A stretch of 64,000 nt of DNA. It comes from Candidatus Latescibacterota bacterium. Lineage in GTDB: Bacteria > Latescibacterota > UBA2968 > UBA8231. The stretch spans positions 2,208,001 through 2,272,000 of the forward strand of contig OZ252098.1 of the NCBI GenBank assembly GCA_965248355.1. Direction: 5' to 3'. The translations under genes and the position numbers were made by a program. The notes below the pieces were generated by a model that made no database searches, was not told where the DNA came from, and saw nothing but the letters and a program-made list of their open reading frames with translations. Every line of letters begins with the position of its first letter. Position 1 is the stretch's first letter. Of this stretch, positions 9,146-19,956 are shown one piece after another.

Positions 9146-11538
9146 GATCTCCTCGGTGTCCCTGTCTGTCTCAGTCTTGCTCCAAAGGCCCCCCGCAGAC
9201 GTTCGAGGGCGCCTTCCACAGCCTTGTCTGCATCGCCGTCTTCGAGCGTCCGTTCCGCCGATCGCAGCCGCAGTGAGAAGGCCAGGCTGCGCTTGCCGGT
9301 CTCGACCTGATCGCCCTGGTAGACGTCGAACAGGTCGACGCGTTCCACCAGATCGGGGGCCGCCGCCCGGATCTCCGCCGCCACCCGGGCGGCGGGAACG
9401 CCCTCGTCGAGGACCACCGCCAGGTCCCGTTCGACAGGGGGGAACTTGGGTAGCGAGCGAAAGACGGATGGCCGCCGGGCCCAGGCTTCGAACAGCGCCG
9501 AGAGCTCAAGTTCAAAGATATAGGTGCCCCGGGTCAGATCAAAGCGGTCGGCGAGGGCCGGATCGGCCTGACCCAGCGCTCCCAGAACCCGGTCCCCCTG
9601 ACGGATCTCGGCTCCTTGCCCGGCCCCCCAGGGGAAACGCTCCGCGGGCTCGAACCCGATCCCGTCGAGCCCCTCCACGAGGCTCTCCACGACCCCCTTG
9701 AGGTCGAGCACGTCCACCTCGCGCTGGTCGGCGCGCCAGGTGGAGGCCCCCGTCCGCCCGGCGAGCAGGCCGCCGGCCCTCAGGGCCTCGCGGTGGCCGC
9801 CGGCGGCGGCGACGAAGACCCGCCCGACCTCGAAGAGCGCGACGCCGGGAGCCCGCTGGTGGAAGTTCCTCCTGGCCACGTCCAGCAGCCCCGGGATCAG
9901 GCTCGTGCGCAGGCTGGACATACCCCTGGCGGGCGGGTTGGCGAGACGGCAGGCGACCGGACCGCTCAGCTCGGCCCAGTCGTCGGCGACGATGCTGGAG
10001 GTGACGGCCTCGTCCAGTCCCGCCGCGGTGAGCAACCGGCGCAGGCGCCGCTGGTCCTCGTAGGCCCCGCCTGCCGGCCCGGGGGCCGGGCCTCGCAGCT
10101 CCTGCCGGGCCGGGATCTCCTCGTACCCGTACACCCGGCCCACCTCCTCGACCAGGTCGATCTCGCGCTCCAGGTCGGGCCGGAAGGAGGGGGCCTCGAC
10201 CTCCAGAACCCCTCTCCCCTCGCTCACCGAGCAGCCCAGGCTTTCGAGGATCCGGCGGCAGCGGGCAGGTCCGATATCGACGGCCAGCAGGGCCGCCGCC
10301 CGGGGCGGCCGCATCCGGATGCGGCGCCGCCGAAGGGCGGCGGGCATCACGTCGAGGCAACCGGGCGCGGCCCTCGCGCCTGCCACCTCCGCCATCAGGG
10401 CCGCGGCGCGGGCGCTGGCCACCTCGGGAAGGTCCCAGTCGACGCCGCGCTCGAAGCGATACGATGCCTCGGTCCTCAGGCCGAGATGCGACGACAGGGC
10501 GCGCACCCGGCGAGGGTCGAAGCAGGCGGCTTCGAGCAACACGTCCGTCGTCGCTTCCGAGACCTCCGACTCGGCGCCCCCCATCAGTCCGGCCAGGGCC
10601 ACGGGACGGCTGGCGTCGGCGATCACGAGGGCCTCGTGATCGAGCTCGTGATCGGTGCCGTCCAACGTCCGCAAGCGCTCCCCGGGGCGCGCCCGGCGGA
10701 CGACGATGCGGCCCTCCCGCAGCCGGCCCAGGTCGAAGGCGTGCAGGGGCTGGCCGAACTCGAGCATCACGAAGTTGGTCACGTCGACGATGTTGTTCAC
10801 CGGGCGCTGGCCGACGGCCCGAAGCCGGTCCTGCAGCCACCGGGGCGAAGGCCCGACGGCCACGTGGCGCAGAACCCGCGCCACGTAACGGGAACAACCC
10901 CCGGGGTCGTCGATCTCGACCCGGGTCGCCAGGGCCGCCGGCTCGCCGGTCTCGCTCAGCTCCGGAACGGGCAGGCGAAGCCGGGCCCCCGTCAGGGCGG
11001 CGACCTCCCGGGCGATGCCCGCGACGCTCAGGCAGTCGGGCCGGTTGGGCGTGACTTCGAAGTCCAGAACGATGTCGTCCAGCCCCGCCGCCTCCGCCAG
11101 CGGCGAGCCCACGCGGCAGTCCTCCGGCAACACCAGGATGCCTTGGTCGTCGTCCCCGAGGCCGAGTTCGGCCTCCGAGCAGATCATGCCCTCGGAGACG
11201 ACGCCGCGCAGCTCGACCCGGCCGATCCGGGTGCCATCGGGCAGGGCGCTGCCGGGCAGGACCACGGGGACCTTCTGGCCGGCGGCGACGTTGGGGGCGC
11301 CGCAGACGATCCGAGCCGCTTCCGATCCGCCCACGTCCACCCGGCAGACGGAGAGTCGCTCGGCGTTCGGGTGGGGCCTGCGCTCCAGAACGCGGCCGAC
11401 GACGAGGCCCGACAGGCGCCCACCGAGGTCTTCGACGCTCTCCGCCTCGAGGCCGGCCATGGTCAGGAGGTGCACCAGCTCGTCCGGCGTCGAGTCGATG
11501 TCCACGTAGTCGCGCAGCCAGTTCAGCGTGACCTTCAT
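9142..11538 (-). CDS. pheT: Phenylalanine--tRNA ligase beta subunit
   Basis: [49 protein letters not shown]. Confidence 0.97.
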   Translation of the reverse strand: MKVTLNWLRDYVDIDSTPDELVHLLTMAGLEAESVEDLGGRLSGLVVGRVLERRPHPNAERLSVCRVDVGGSEAARIVCGAPNVAAGQKVPVVLPGSALPDGTRIGRVELRGVVSEGMICSEAELGLGDDDQGILVLPEDCRVGSPLAEAAGLDDIVLDFEVTPNRPDCLSVAGIAREVAALTGARLRLPVPELSETGEPAALATRVEIDDPGGCSRYVARVLRHVAVGPSPRWLQDRLRAVGQRPVNNIVDVTNFVMLEFGQPLHAFDLGRLREGRIVVRRARPGERLRTLDGTDHELDHEALVIADASRPVALAGLMGGAESEVSEATTDVLLEAACFDPRRVRALSSHLGLRTEASYRFERGVDWDLPEVASARAAALMAEVAGARAAPGCLDVMPAALRRRRIRMRPPRAAALLAVDIGPARCRRILESLGCSVSEGRGVLEVEAPSFRPDLEREIDLVEEVGRVYGYEEIPARQELRGPAPGPAGGAYEDQRRLRRLLTAAGLDEAVTSSIVADDWAELSGPVACRLANPPARGMSSLRTSLIPGLLDVARRNFHQRAPGVALFEVGRVFVAAAGGHREALRAGGLLAGRTGASTWRADQREVDVLDLKGVVESLVEGLDGIGFEPAERFPWGAGQGAEIRQGDRVLGALGQADPALADRFDLTRGTYIFELELSALFEAWARRPSVFRSLPKFPPVERDLAVVLDEGVPAARVAAEIRAAAPDLVERVDLFDVYQGDQVETGKRSLAFSLRLRSAERTLEDGDADKAVEGALERLRGAFGARLRQTGTPRRS

Positions 11539-11551
11539 CCCCTCCCCCCTC

Positions 11552-12586
11552 TCAGCCGGCCCCGAACTGGCCCGTGAACCTCAGGTCACTCTCGAGGAAG
11601 AGCCGGATGTCGTCGATGCCGTGGCGGATCATGGCCACGCGCTCTATCCCGAAGCCGAAGGCGAAGCCCGTGTATTTCTCCGCGTCGTAGCCGACGGCGG
11701 CGAACACCTCCGGGTCCACCATGCCGGCGCCCCCGATCTCGATCCAGCCCGTGCCTTTGCAGATGCGGCAGCGGCCCCGGTCCGCGGACTTCCGCCGGCT
11801 GCAGAGGGAACAGGAGAAGTCGTACTCGACGCTGGGTTCGGTGAAGGGAAAGAAGTGGGGGCGGAAGCGGATCCTGGTGTCCCCGCCGAGGACGCGCCGG
11901 CCGAGGGCGGTCAGGGTACCCTTGAGCTCGGCCATGGAGACCCCGAGGTCGACGTACAGCCCTTCGATCTGGTGGAAGACCATGTGATGGGTCGCATCGA
12001 CGTTTTCGTTGCGGTAGCAACGGCCAACCGACAGCACCCGGACCGGAGGGGGTTGGCGCTCCATCACCCGGATCTGCACCGTCGAGGTGTGGGTGCGCAG
12101 GAGCCTTCCGTCGGTGAGGTAGAAGGTGTCCTGCTCGTCGCGGGCGGGGTGGTCGGCAGGGGTGTTGAGGGCGTCGAAGTTGTGACGCTCGTCCTCGACC
12201 TCGGGGCCGTCGGCGACGCCGAAGCCCATCTGCCGCAGGGCGTCCACGAGCTCGTCGGCCGTGGCCGACAAGGGGTGGGAATGGCCGCGCCGCTGTGGCC
12301 GGCCGGGCAGGGTGAGATCGATGGCCGCCGCCGTTTCCGCCGCCGCCTCCAGGGCCTGCTGGCGCTCGTCGAGAGCGGCGGCGATCTGCTTCTGCGCCTG
12401 CCCTGCGGCGCGGCCCACCGCGGGGCGAAGGTCACCGGGGAGCTCGCCGATCCCGCCCAGGATCCGGCGCAGGCGGCTCCGGCGCCCGGTGAACCGCACC
12501 TTCGCCTCGTCGAGGGCCTTCAGGTCCGCCGCCGCGCCGATGGCCTCAAGGGCCTGCCGTCGGATCTCCTCGATCTCACTCACCAT
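11552..12586 (-). CDS. pheS: Phenylalanine--tRNA ligase alpha subunit
   Basis: [33 protein letters not shown]. Confidence 0.97.
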   Translation of the reverse strand: MVSEIEEIRRQALEAIGAAADLKALDEAKVRFTGRRSRLRRILGGIGELPGDLRPAVGRAAGQAQKQIAAALDERQQALEAAAETAAAIDLTLPGRPQRRGHSHPLSATADELVDALRQMGFGVADGPEVEDERHNFDALNTPADHPARDEQDTFYLTDGRLLRTHTSTVQIRVMERQPPPVRVLSVGRCYRNENVDATHHMVFHQIEGLYVDLGVSMAELKGTLTALGRRVLGGDTRIRFRPHFFPFTEPSVEYDFSCSLCSRRKSADRGRCRICKGTGWIEIGGAGMVDPEVFAAVGYDAEKYTGFAFGFGIERVAMIRHGIDDIRLFLESDLRFTGQFGAG

Positions 12587-12727
12587 GGTCTGGTTCCCCC
12601 ACCGTTTTGGGCGCCGACCGGGGCGACAGCGGCGCGGCCACGGTCCGAGCCGGTCTACGTGCTGGCGGGAGTGGGGGAGTCGGGACCGGCGGGGCCCCGA
12701 AGGCCCCGCCCCGGCTGGCGCCGGTCT

Positions 12728-13081
12728 CTACAGATGGGCCTTCGCCTGATCGACGATGGCCGAAAAAGCCTCTGGATCGCGGACGGCGATGTCGGCCAGC
12801 ACCTTGCGATTGACCTTCACCTCCGCGCGGCCGAGTCCGTTGATCAGCCGGCTGTACGACAGCCCGTGGAGCCGGGCGGCGGCGTTGATTCGGGCGATCC
12901 ACAGGCGGCGGAAGTCGCGCTTGCGGGTGCGGCGGTCACGGTAGGCGTAGGCCTGGGCGCGATCGACCGCTTCGCGGGCGGTTCGGAAAAGGCGGCTGCG
13001 CCCGCCGAAGTACCCCCGCGCCTGCTTGAGGACCTTCTTGTGGCGTCGACGGGAGGCGACGCGGTTGCGCGCACGGGGCAT
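12728..13081 (-). CDS. rplT: 50S ribosomal protein L20
   Basis: YAYRDRR...[23 protein letters not shown]. Confidence 0.97.
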   Translation of the reverse strand: MPRARNRVASRRRHKKVLKQARGYFGGRSRLFRTAREAVDRAQAYAYRDRRTRKRDFRRLWIARINAAARLHGLSYSRLINGLGRAEVKVNRKVLADIAVRDPEAFSAIVDQAKAHL

Positions 13082-13093
13082 GGGACAAGCCTC

Positions 13094-13288
13094 CTACTTC
13101 AAACCCAGGGATCGCCGCACGTTGTCGAGATTGGCCGGCGACACGCTCTGGTTCTGCCGCAGAGCGCGCTTGCGCTTTGAGGAGCGCTTGCCCAGGAAGT
13201 GGTCGCCGAAGGCCTTGCGGCGCTTGAGGCCGTTCCCGCGCTTCTTGATGCGTTTCGCCGTGGACTTGTGGGTCTTGATCTTGGGCAT
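13094..13288 (-). CDS. rpmI: 50S ribosomal protein L35
   Basis: MPKIKTHKSTAKR...KRKRALR. Confidence 0.95.
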   Translation of the reverse strand: MPKIKTHKSTAKRIKKRGNGLKRRKAFGDHFLGKRSSKRKRALRQNQSVSPANLDNVRRSLGLK

Positions 13289-13328
13289 GGCGGACGTGGG
13301 CCTGGAGTGGTTTTGGGGTAACCCACGA

Positions 13329-13357
13329 AGGATAGGGCAAGGCCCCGCCTCTGTCAA
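13329..13357 (-). promoter_or_regulatory. sigma70 promoter for rpmI-rplT-pheST
   Basis: TTGACA-17 nt-TATCCT on the minus strand, 40 nt upstream of the rpmI ATG. Confidence 0.7.
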
Positions 13358-13490
13358 TGGATCCGGGTCCCGCGGGAAGCCGGGCTCTACCGGGCAAATA
13401 CTTGAGCGGCAAGATCTTGCGCGATCGTCCGCCAGGTCCGGGCGGGGCGAGGTGTGAGCGAGGGCTGCGGGCCCCGCGAGCCGGGACCGG

Positions 13491-13745
13491 TCAGGAGCCC
13501 CGGCCCTGCAGCAGCTCCCGAACCACCGGGCGCAGGAACACGTCGTCCAGGGGCAGCCGCGCCAGGGCGCGGGCCATCAGGTCGACCCGTTCGGGAACCG
13601 TGAGCTCCCGGTCGAGCAGAATGCAGATCCGTCCGCGGAGTCGGAACAGTCCGCCACGGCTGCCATCCAGGTCCTCGCGGCGGATCTCCACCGAGAGCTG
13701 GGAGGCCACCGCCTCCAACTCCTGCAGCAGGTGGGCGTCGTCCAT
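13491..13745 (-). CDS. Hypothetical protein (84 aa)
   Basis: MDDAHLLQELEAVASQLSVEIRRE...GGLFRLRG; typical codon usage. Confidence 0.7.
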   Translation of the reverse strand: MDDAHLLQELEAVASQLSVEIRREDLDGSRGGLFRLRGRICILLDRELTVPERVDLMARALARLPLDDVFLRPVVRELLQGRGS

Positions 13746-13909
13746 CCCGGCCGACGGCCCCCGGCCCCGCTCCCCCTCCGTCTCCGGGGCCTGAGGCGGG
13801 CCACGGCGCTCTTGAGAGGACGAGACCCTTCCAGGTTGGTGAGGATGCATCATATTGATAATATACGGCCCATACACCGCCTGAATACCCGCCTGCCGAT
13901 CGAGGGACC

Positions 13910-14764
13910 GTGATGGGAGACAGCCTTCCACCGACCCGGGAGAGTCGAGATCCCGGAGTCGACCCGTGGCTCCTCGTCACCAATGACGACGGCGTCGACT
14001 CCCCGGCGCTGGGGCCCCTGTTGACCTCCCTCGAATCGCTGGCTCCGGTGCGCGCTGTGGTGCCGGACCGGGAGTACAGCTGGTCGTCCAAGACCCTGAC
14101 CCGGTTCGGCCGCCTCACGCTCCGCAGGCGGAACGCCGGGGGTCGATCGCTGCACGCTCTCGACGGCTCCCCGGCGGACTGCGCCAATGTGGGGATCCAC
14201 AATCTGGAGTCGGAGCCGCCCCGGCTCGTGGTCTCCGGCATCAACATCGGGGCCAATGCCGGCCTCGCCTTTCTGCTCAGCTCGGGCACGATCGGCGCGG
14301 CCATCGAGAGCGCCCTGAGCGGTCTCCCGGCGGTCGCCTTCTCGCTGCAGCTTCGCCCGGAGGACTACGCCCGCTGGCGCCGGGACCGCCGCGACGCCCT
14401 GCCCCGCGGCGCCTGGGAGCAGGCCGCCGCCGTCGCCTGCGAGATCACTTCCGAGATCCTCGAAAGGGGTCTCCCCGACGGAGCGCGGCTGGTCTCCGTC
14501 AACCTGCCGCCCGGGGCGCATCCCGGTACCCGGCGGGTGCTGACCGGCGTCGCGCCGAGCGCCTACGGGCCGTTCTTCCGCGCCGAGGGCGACGGCCGCC
14601 TGAAGCACGTGTCTTCCGGCCTGCGGCGCACCCGGGAGACGGAGGACGGGGACCTGGACGCCCTGGAGCAGGGCTGGGTCTCGATCACCCCGCTGAGCCT
14701 GCGCTTCGACGTCCCTCTTTCCTCGAGGGACCGCGCCCGCTTCGAGCGGCCCTCGAGATGCTGA
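13910..14764 (+). CDS. surE: 5'/3'-nucleotidase SurE
   Basis: LLVTNDDG, DGSPADC, VVSGINIGAN, SGTIGAA, VSITPL. Confidence 0.9.
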   Translation: MMGDSLPPTRESRDPGVDPWLLVTNDDGVDSPALGPLLTSLESLAPVRAVVPDREYSWSSKTLTRFGRLTLRRRNAGGRSLHALDGSPADCANVGIHNLESEPPRLVVSGINIGANAGLAFLLSSGTIGAAIESALSGLPAVAFSLQLRPEDYARWRRDRRDALPRGAWEQAAAVACEITSEILERGLPDGARLVSVNLPPGAHPGTRRVLTGVAPSAYGPFFRAEGDGRLKHVSSGLRRTRETEDGDLDALEQGWVSITPLSLRFDVPLSSRDRARFERPSRC

Positions 14765-16104
14765 GCCGGGCCTGGATCCCCCTGGCCGCCATGGTGTCCT
14801 GCACGGCCGGAGCCGCGGCGGCGGCGCCATCGACCGGCGCGGACACCACCGACGCGCGGGCGGCTCGGATCGACTCCGCCCGCGCCCGCCGGCTGAACAG
14901 CCTGCTGAGCGGAGCGGCGGCCGTGGCCGATCCTCTGGCGGCCACGGAACAGACGGTGGACGCCGTGAGGTGGCTGGCCCGGCGGCGTCAGTTCGTGCTC
15001 GGAGACACGCCCTACGGATTCACCGGCCTGCCCATCCTCTACTACAGCCCGGGAACCGGGTGGAACTACGGCGGGCGCCTGCAGATCGCCGACTACGATC
15101 GGCGTCCGTACCGCTACAAGCTCAGCATCCACTGGGTCAAGTCCACCCAGGGCAAGCGCATCAGCTACCTGCGCTTCAAGGTGCCCCATATCGGGGGAAC
15201 GGGCTTCGGCGTCAGCCTGACGGCGAGCAACAAACGCGACATCCGGGCGCGTTACTACGGCCTGTCCAACGAGAGCGAGAACAACGAGAGTCTCACCGAT
15301 TCCGATCACGTCGACTTCGTCGACAAGGATTACTACCACTACGTGCTGGAGGAGCCCCGGCTGATCGTCAACCTCCTCCGCCACCTCTACGGTCCCGTGA
15401 CGGTGTCCCTCGGCCTCGGCCTCGAGCGGACGGACGTCGACGGCCGGGGGGAGCGCTCCTACTACCTCGAGGCCGGAACGCCCGACGGTGTCGTGGACGG
15501 CACCACGGGGTTCGTCGGCCTCAGTCTGCGCTGGGACACCAGGGACGACCCGTCGATCCCCCGCCGCGGGCTGTTCCAGGAGTGGAGCTACGAGAACTCC
15601 CGCAACTCCCTGCTGAGCCTGTTCTTCGAGCAGATCGACTTCCAGCGCTACACGTTCACGGACGCCCGCTACTTCCCCGTCTCCCCGCGCCTGAACATCG
15701 CCCACCGCACCATCGTCGAAGCGCTGAAGGGCACCGTGCCCCTGTACGCCTACGGCGAGATCGGCGGCAGCCGGAGGATCAAGGGCCTGGGGGGTTCGGA
15801 TACGTTGAGGGGGTTCGACCGGCAGCGGTTCACGGACAACGTGCGCGTCCTCACCAACACCGAGGCGCGCTATCACCTCGGGCACCAGACCGCCTTCAAG
15901 CAGCACCTGGAGCTCCTGGCGATCCTGTTCGCCGACAGCGGACAGGTGGCGCCCGGATTCTCGGACCTGCATCCCCTGGACACCCGCCTGACCGTCGGAT
16001 GGGGGCTGCGCACCTATTGGAACGAGGACTTCGTCGTGCGCGCCGACCTCGGAGTCTCGGGCGAACAGGTCTACACCGCGCTCAAGTACCGCAACCTCTT
16101 CTGA
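14758..16104 (+). CDS. Omp85/BamA-TamA family outer membrane protein
   Basis: Signal peptide, WDTRDD, LGGSDTLRGF (VRGF-like), C-terminal Phe. Confidence 0.8.
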   Translation: MLSRAWIPLAAMVSCTAGAAAAAPSTGADTTDARAARIDSARARRLNSLLSGAAAVADPLAATEQTVDAVRWLARRRQFVLGDTPYGFTGLPILYYSPGTGWNYGGRLQIADYDRRPYRYKLSIHWVKSTQGKRISYLRFKVPHIGGTGFGVSLTASNKRDIRARYYGLSNESENNESLTDSDHVDFVDKDYYHYVLEEPRLIVNLLRHLYGPVTVSLGLGLERTDVDGRGERSYYLEAGTPDGVVDGTTGFVGLSLRWDTRDDPSIPRRGLFQEWSYENSRNSLLSLFFEQIDFQRYTFTDARYFPVSPRLNIAHRTIVEALKGTVPLYAYGEIGGSRRIKGLGGSDTLRGFDRQRFTDNVRVLTNTEARYHLGHQTAFKQHLELLAILFADSGQVAPGFSDLHPLDTRLTVGWGLRTYWNEDFVVRADLGVSGEQVYTALKYRNLF

Positions 16105-16105
16105 C

Positions 16106-16648
16106 TCAGCCCCCGGGGGACCCGAGGACCGGCCTCAGCCGGACCGCCACCCAGGCGACCAGGAGCCCCACCAGCAGGTCCTTCGGCAAGGGCGCCAGGC
16201 CGAGCTCGAGGGCGTGGGCCGCCCCGTCCGGGCTGGCCGCGACGTAGCGCAGGTTGAGATAGAGGCCCAGCACCCCGGCGGCATAGATCGCCGCCATCCC
16301 GGCGTAGGTGGCCGTCAGGGCGCGCCGGAAGGTGAGCCCCCGGCCGGCCCCTGCCAGCCGGCCCGCCAGCCACGCCCCGGCGACGAACCCCAGCAGGTAG
16401 CCGAAGGAGGGCTTGAGCAGGGAGTGCGGCCCTCCCCCGCCTGCGAAGACGGGCAGCCCCACCAGCCCGGCTGTGAGATAGACCGCCTGGCTGGCCGCGC
16501 CTCGCCACGGCCCCAGCAACAGTCCCGACAGGCAGACGAAGGCGGCCTGCAGCGTGATGGGGACATGAGGCAGGGGGATGCGCAACTGCGCGCCCACGGC
16601 GGTGAGGGCGGCCATGAGGGCCACCGGCACGAGCAGGCGGGCTTGCAA
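16106..16648 (-). CDS. bioY: Biotin transporter BioY
   Basis: VPITLQ...GLLLG...YL..GLVGLPVFAGG...PSFGYLLGF. Confidence 0.9.
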   Translation of the reverse strand: MQARLLVPVALMAALTAVGAQLRIPLPHVPITLQAAFVCLSGLLLGPWRGAASQAVYLTAGLVGLPVFAGGGGPHSLLKPSFGYLLGFVAGAWLAGRLAGAGRGLTFRRALTATYAGMAAIYAAGVLGLYLNLRYVAASPDGAAHALELGLAPLPKDLLVGLLVAWVAVRLRPVLGSPGG

Positions 16649-16694
16649 GGGTTCGGGGCGGGGAGTCCGAGGTTCGCGCGGGGAGGCCGGCGGA

Positions 16695-17573
16695 TCAGGT
16701 GGCGGCCGGGGTGGGGGAACCCTCCGGCTCGCCGGGGGCCAGCATGGCGATGAGGCTGCCGAGGGTGGCGGCGAGCTCCTGCCGGGGGACGACGCGGTCG
16801 ACGAAGCCGTGCTCGAGGACGGTCTCGGCGATCTGGAACCCGGCGGGAAGCTCCTCGATGCCCATGAACTGCCGGATCACGGCCTGACCGGCGAACCCGA
16901 TACGGGCCCCCGGCTCGGCGAGGGTGAGATCCCCGAGCATGGCAAAGCTGGCCGTGACGCCGCCGTAGGTCGGATCGGTCAGGACGGCGACGTAGAGCCC
17001 GCCGGCGTTGGAGAACCGGCGCAGCCGGGCGCTGATCTTGGCCATCTGCATCAGCGAGAACGTGCTCTCCTGCATGCGGGCTCCCCCCGACTGGCAGACC
17101 AGGACCAGGGCCCTGCCGTCGGCCAGGGCCCGGTCGATGAGCCGGCTGATCTTCTCGCCCGTGGCGCCGCCCAGACTGCCCATGATATAGCGCGTGTCCA
17201 TGATGCCGAGGGCCACGGGGCTGCCGCCGATGGTGCACAGGCCCGTGTGAACGGCCTCGTTGATGCCGCTGGACCGGCGGGCCTCGCGGATCCGGTCGGA
17301 GTAGCGGCGGTGGTCGCGGAACTTGAGTGGATCGGCGGTGGACAGGCCGGCGTCGATCTCGGTGAAGGAGCCCCGGTCGCTCAGTAGGCGGATGTACTTC
17401 TCGTGGCCGATGGGGAAGTGGCTGCCGCAGTTGGGGCAGACCCAGCTGTTGCGCTCGAGGACGTGCTGGTAGGCCGTCTCGCCGCAGTCCTTGCACTTGC
17501 TCCAGATGGCCTCGGGGATCTCGCGCTTGATGCGCGTCAGGATCCCCGACTTCATCCTCTCGAACCAGTTCAT
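16695..17573 (-). CDS. accD: Acetyl-CoA carboxylase carboxyltransferase beta subunit
   Basis: WSKCKDC...CPNC zinc finger, MGSLG, SGGARMQE, PTYGGVTASFA. Confidence 0.95.
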   Translation of the reverse strand: MNWFERMKSGILTRIKREIPEAIWSKCKDCGETAYQHVLERNSWVCPNCGSHFPIGHEKYIRLLSDRGSFTEIDAGLSTADPLKFRDHRRYSDRIREARRSSGINEAVHTGLCTIGGSPVALGIMDTRYIMGSLGGATGEKISRLIDRALADGRALVLVCQSGGARMQESTFSLMQMAKISARLRRFSNAGGLYVAVLTDPTYGGVTASFAMLGDLTLAEPGARIGFAGQAVIRQFMGIEELPAGFQIAETVLEHGFVDRVVPRQELAATLGSLIAMLAPGEPEGSPTPAAT

Positions 17574-17577
17574 GACC

Positions 17578-17928
17578 TCAGACGATCCCGCGACGCCTGA
17601 GTCCGGCGAAGGCCACCCCGGCCGTCACCAGGATCCCCGCCGAGGCGAGGAGCGCCGTCTTCCATGGGAAGGACCCGCCGGCCTGGTGGCGGCGGTCCCT
17701 CAACTGGCGGAGCCGGGCAAGGACCCGGTCAGCCGCGGCCTGTGCGTCGGGGAGTGGCGGGGGCGGTTCGAGCACCCGGTCGACGAGGTCGTCGACGGTG
17801 TGCATCCTGGCCGCCTCCCGGCGCGCCCGGAAGCCGGACACGAGCCGACCGGCGACCCCGGGTTCGAACCCACCGCCGGCTTGCGCGGTCTCACGGCGCC
17901 GCCAGCGGCGCCACCATCCGGTCCCCAT
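17578..17928 (-). CDS. Membrane-anchored hypothetical protein, possible anti-sigma factor
   Basis: Immediately downstream of ECF sigma; C-terminal TM segment. Confidence 0.5.
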   Translation of the reverse strand: MGTGWWRRWRRRETAQAGGGFEPGVAGRLVSGFRARREAARMHTVDDLVDRVLEPPPPLPDAQAAADRVLARLRQLRDRRHQAGGSFPWKTALLASAGILVTAGVAFAGLRRRGIV

Positions 17929-17947
17929 CGACCTCTCCTCCGCCGTT

Positions 17948-18547
17948 TCAGACCAGGCGGCGGCTCTGCAGGGCCGCCCCCAGGCGCCGGCGGGCGCTGT
18001 GAATCCGCGAGCTGACCGTGCCCACCGGGATCTCCAGCACGCGGGCGATCTCCTCGTACCCGAGCTGCTCGAAGCTGTGGAGGATGAGGACCTCCCTCAG
18101 GGTGGCCGGCAGCTCGTCGATCTGCTCGCGTACGAGGCGCTGGGTCTCCCTCGTCAGCAGCCGGGCCTCCGGCCCCTCGCCGGCGGAGACGGACAGGCTC
18201 CCACCGGCCTCCTCGTACGTCCGGTGCAGGCCGAGGCGCCGCCAGGGGCTGCGAGCGCGGTCTCGCCGTCGGTTGAGGCTCAGGCGCCAGACGATGCGCA
18301 GGATCCAGGTCTTCAGCGAGGACTCGCCGCGGAACCCGTCGAGGGCCCCGTGGATCTTGACGAAGGCATCCTGGACGACCTCCTCCGCGTCCTCGCGGTC
18401 ACCGAGGGTCCCATAGGCCAGACCGTAGGCCAGGGGATGATACTCCGCGATCAACTGGCGGAACGCCTCGTCACTGCCCGCGAGGATGCGCTGCACGCGC
18501 TCCTCGTCCCGAGGGTAGATCCCGATTCTGGCGATCGTGGTCATCAT
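17948..18547 (-). CDS. ECF RNA polymerase sigma factor
   Basis: DAEEVVQDAFVK, FRGESSLKTWI, YEEIARVLEIPVGTVSSRIHSAR. Confidence 0.92.
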   Translation of the reverse strand: MMTTIARIGIYPRDEERVQRILAGSDEAFRQLIAEYHPLAYGLAYGTLGDREDAEEVVQDAFVKIHGALDGFRGESSLKTWILRIVWRLSLNRRRDRARSPWRRLGLHRTYEEAGGSLSVSAGEGPEARLLTRETQRLVREQIDELPATLREVLILHSFEQLGYEEIARVLEIPVGTVSSRIHSARRRLGAALQSRRLV

Positions 18548-18762
18548 GCTCCATGGAGACACCGGAAACCGGCCGCCTCTTCGCGGAAGATGCGCCGCCG
18601 CCCGCGGGATTGTCAAACGTTCTGGTGGCCGGTCCGCGGCTGGTGAGGGTGGTGGAATTCAACGCGACCCTGACTTTCAGGTTGATGGCCCCTTGCGGGA
18701 AACTATATTGGAGCGCCGTGGCACGGTGCTTGCATCCCTCCAGCGCCCGATTGGGGAGGATC

Positions 18763-19920
18763 TTGAAAAAGCCCCTTGAGATCTGCCTGCTGCTCGGCCT
18801 GATGACAGCGCCGGATCCCGCGGCCCCCGCGGAGGAGAGCGTGCCCGATTCGGTGACCAAGTACCGGTTTCTCGGCAAGAACGCCCGGGTCAAGAAACAG
18901 CACGACGACGTCGTGAAGTACTACACCGAGTTGATCAAGTACGACCCCGGCTACCACTGGGCCCACTACTCCATGGGCCGGGCCTTCCTGGAGCTGGGTC
19001 GGGAGGCCGACGCCCAACAGGCCCTGCTGGCCGCCGCCGCTCTCGATTCCACCCACCTCAACACCAACCTCTCCTTGTACACCATCTATCTGAACTCGGC
19101 CGCGCCGGACTCGGCCTGGCGGTTCCTCGCCCCCGTCATCCGCGCCAAGCCCGGGGAGGTCACGTATCTCGAGTACCGGCAAGACATCGCCGACCTGTAT
19201 CGGCGCAAGGGCCTGCCGCAAGAGGCCATCGAGCACTACACCGCCCTCTCCGAGTCCCCGGCTCTTCCCGAGGACACGCGCAACGAGTTGTACGAGTTGC
19301 TCGCCGTCATGAACGAGGACCAGGGAGACGCCGCCGCCGCCCTGGCCTGGCGCCAGCGGCTGGCCCCGGTCAGCGGCGCGGGACAGATCGAATCCCTGAC
19401 GCGGATAGTGGATCTGCAGATCCAGACCGAGGACTACAAGGGCGCCCACGCAACCCTCAAGGAGCTGGCGAGCATCGACTCCGCCGGCCGCTACGCCCAC
19501 TACGCCCGCATGTCCGAGCTGGGCGACACGGCGGGCGACCCCGCGGTCCGGCTCGAGGGCCTGGAGGGCATGGCGCGGGAGCAGCCCAAGGACCTGGTGA
19601 CCGTCGCCACGATCGCCGAGATCCATCTGAACGCGGACGATCTGGAGGCGGCGGCGGGTTGGATCGTGCGCGGCCTGGGGCGGGTGCCCGGCAATGCCCA
19701 CCTGCGCCTGCTGCGCGGCGACCTGCTGCTGCGCCAGGGCGCCGAGGAGGAGGCCATCGCCGAGTACGAACGCGCCCGGAAGGATCCGAACTGGGCGGCC
19801 GTTGCCCAGCAACGGATCTGGCAGCTTCGTCCGCCGGAGACGGAGGAGGAGAAGCTCCGCCGGGAGTTCTTCGGCGGCGGCGACGCCGACGAAGAGGGCT
19901 CGACCGACAACGACAGCTGA
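18763..19920 (+). CDS. Periplasmic tetratricopeptide repeat protein
   Basis: GGAGGA RBS + TTG; helical TPR-like repeats; first gene of the TonB cluster. Confidence 0.75.
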   Translation: MKKPLEICLLLGLMTAPDPAAPAEESVPDSVTKYRFLGKNARVKKQHDDVVKYYTELIKYDPGYHWAHYSMGRAFLELGREADAQQALLAAAALDSTHLNTNLSLYTIYLNSAAPDSAWRFLAPVIRAKPGEVTYLEYRQDIADLYRRKGLPQEAIEHYTALSESPALPEDTRNELYELLAVMNEDQGDAAAALAWRQRLAPVSGAGQIESLTRIVDLQIQTEDYKGAHATLKELASIDSAGRYAHYARMSELGDTAGDPAVRLEGLEGMAREQPKDLVTVATIAEIHLNADDLEAAAGWIVRGLGRVPGNAHLRLLRGDLLLRQGAEEEAIAEYERARKDPNWAAVAQQRIWQLRPPETEEEKLRREFFGGGDADEEGSTDNDS

Positions 19921-19956
19921 CAACGCGACCCTTCAACCCGAGAGAGAGGTTCCTTC

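Noticed and set aside
13845..13865. AT-rich ATATTGATAATAT palindrome (Fur-like)
   Set aside because: Partial match only and no iron-related gene adjacent; more likely a divergent promoter region
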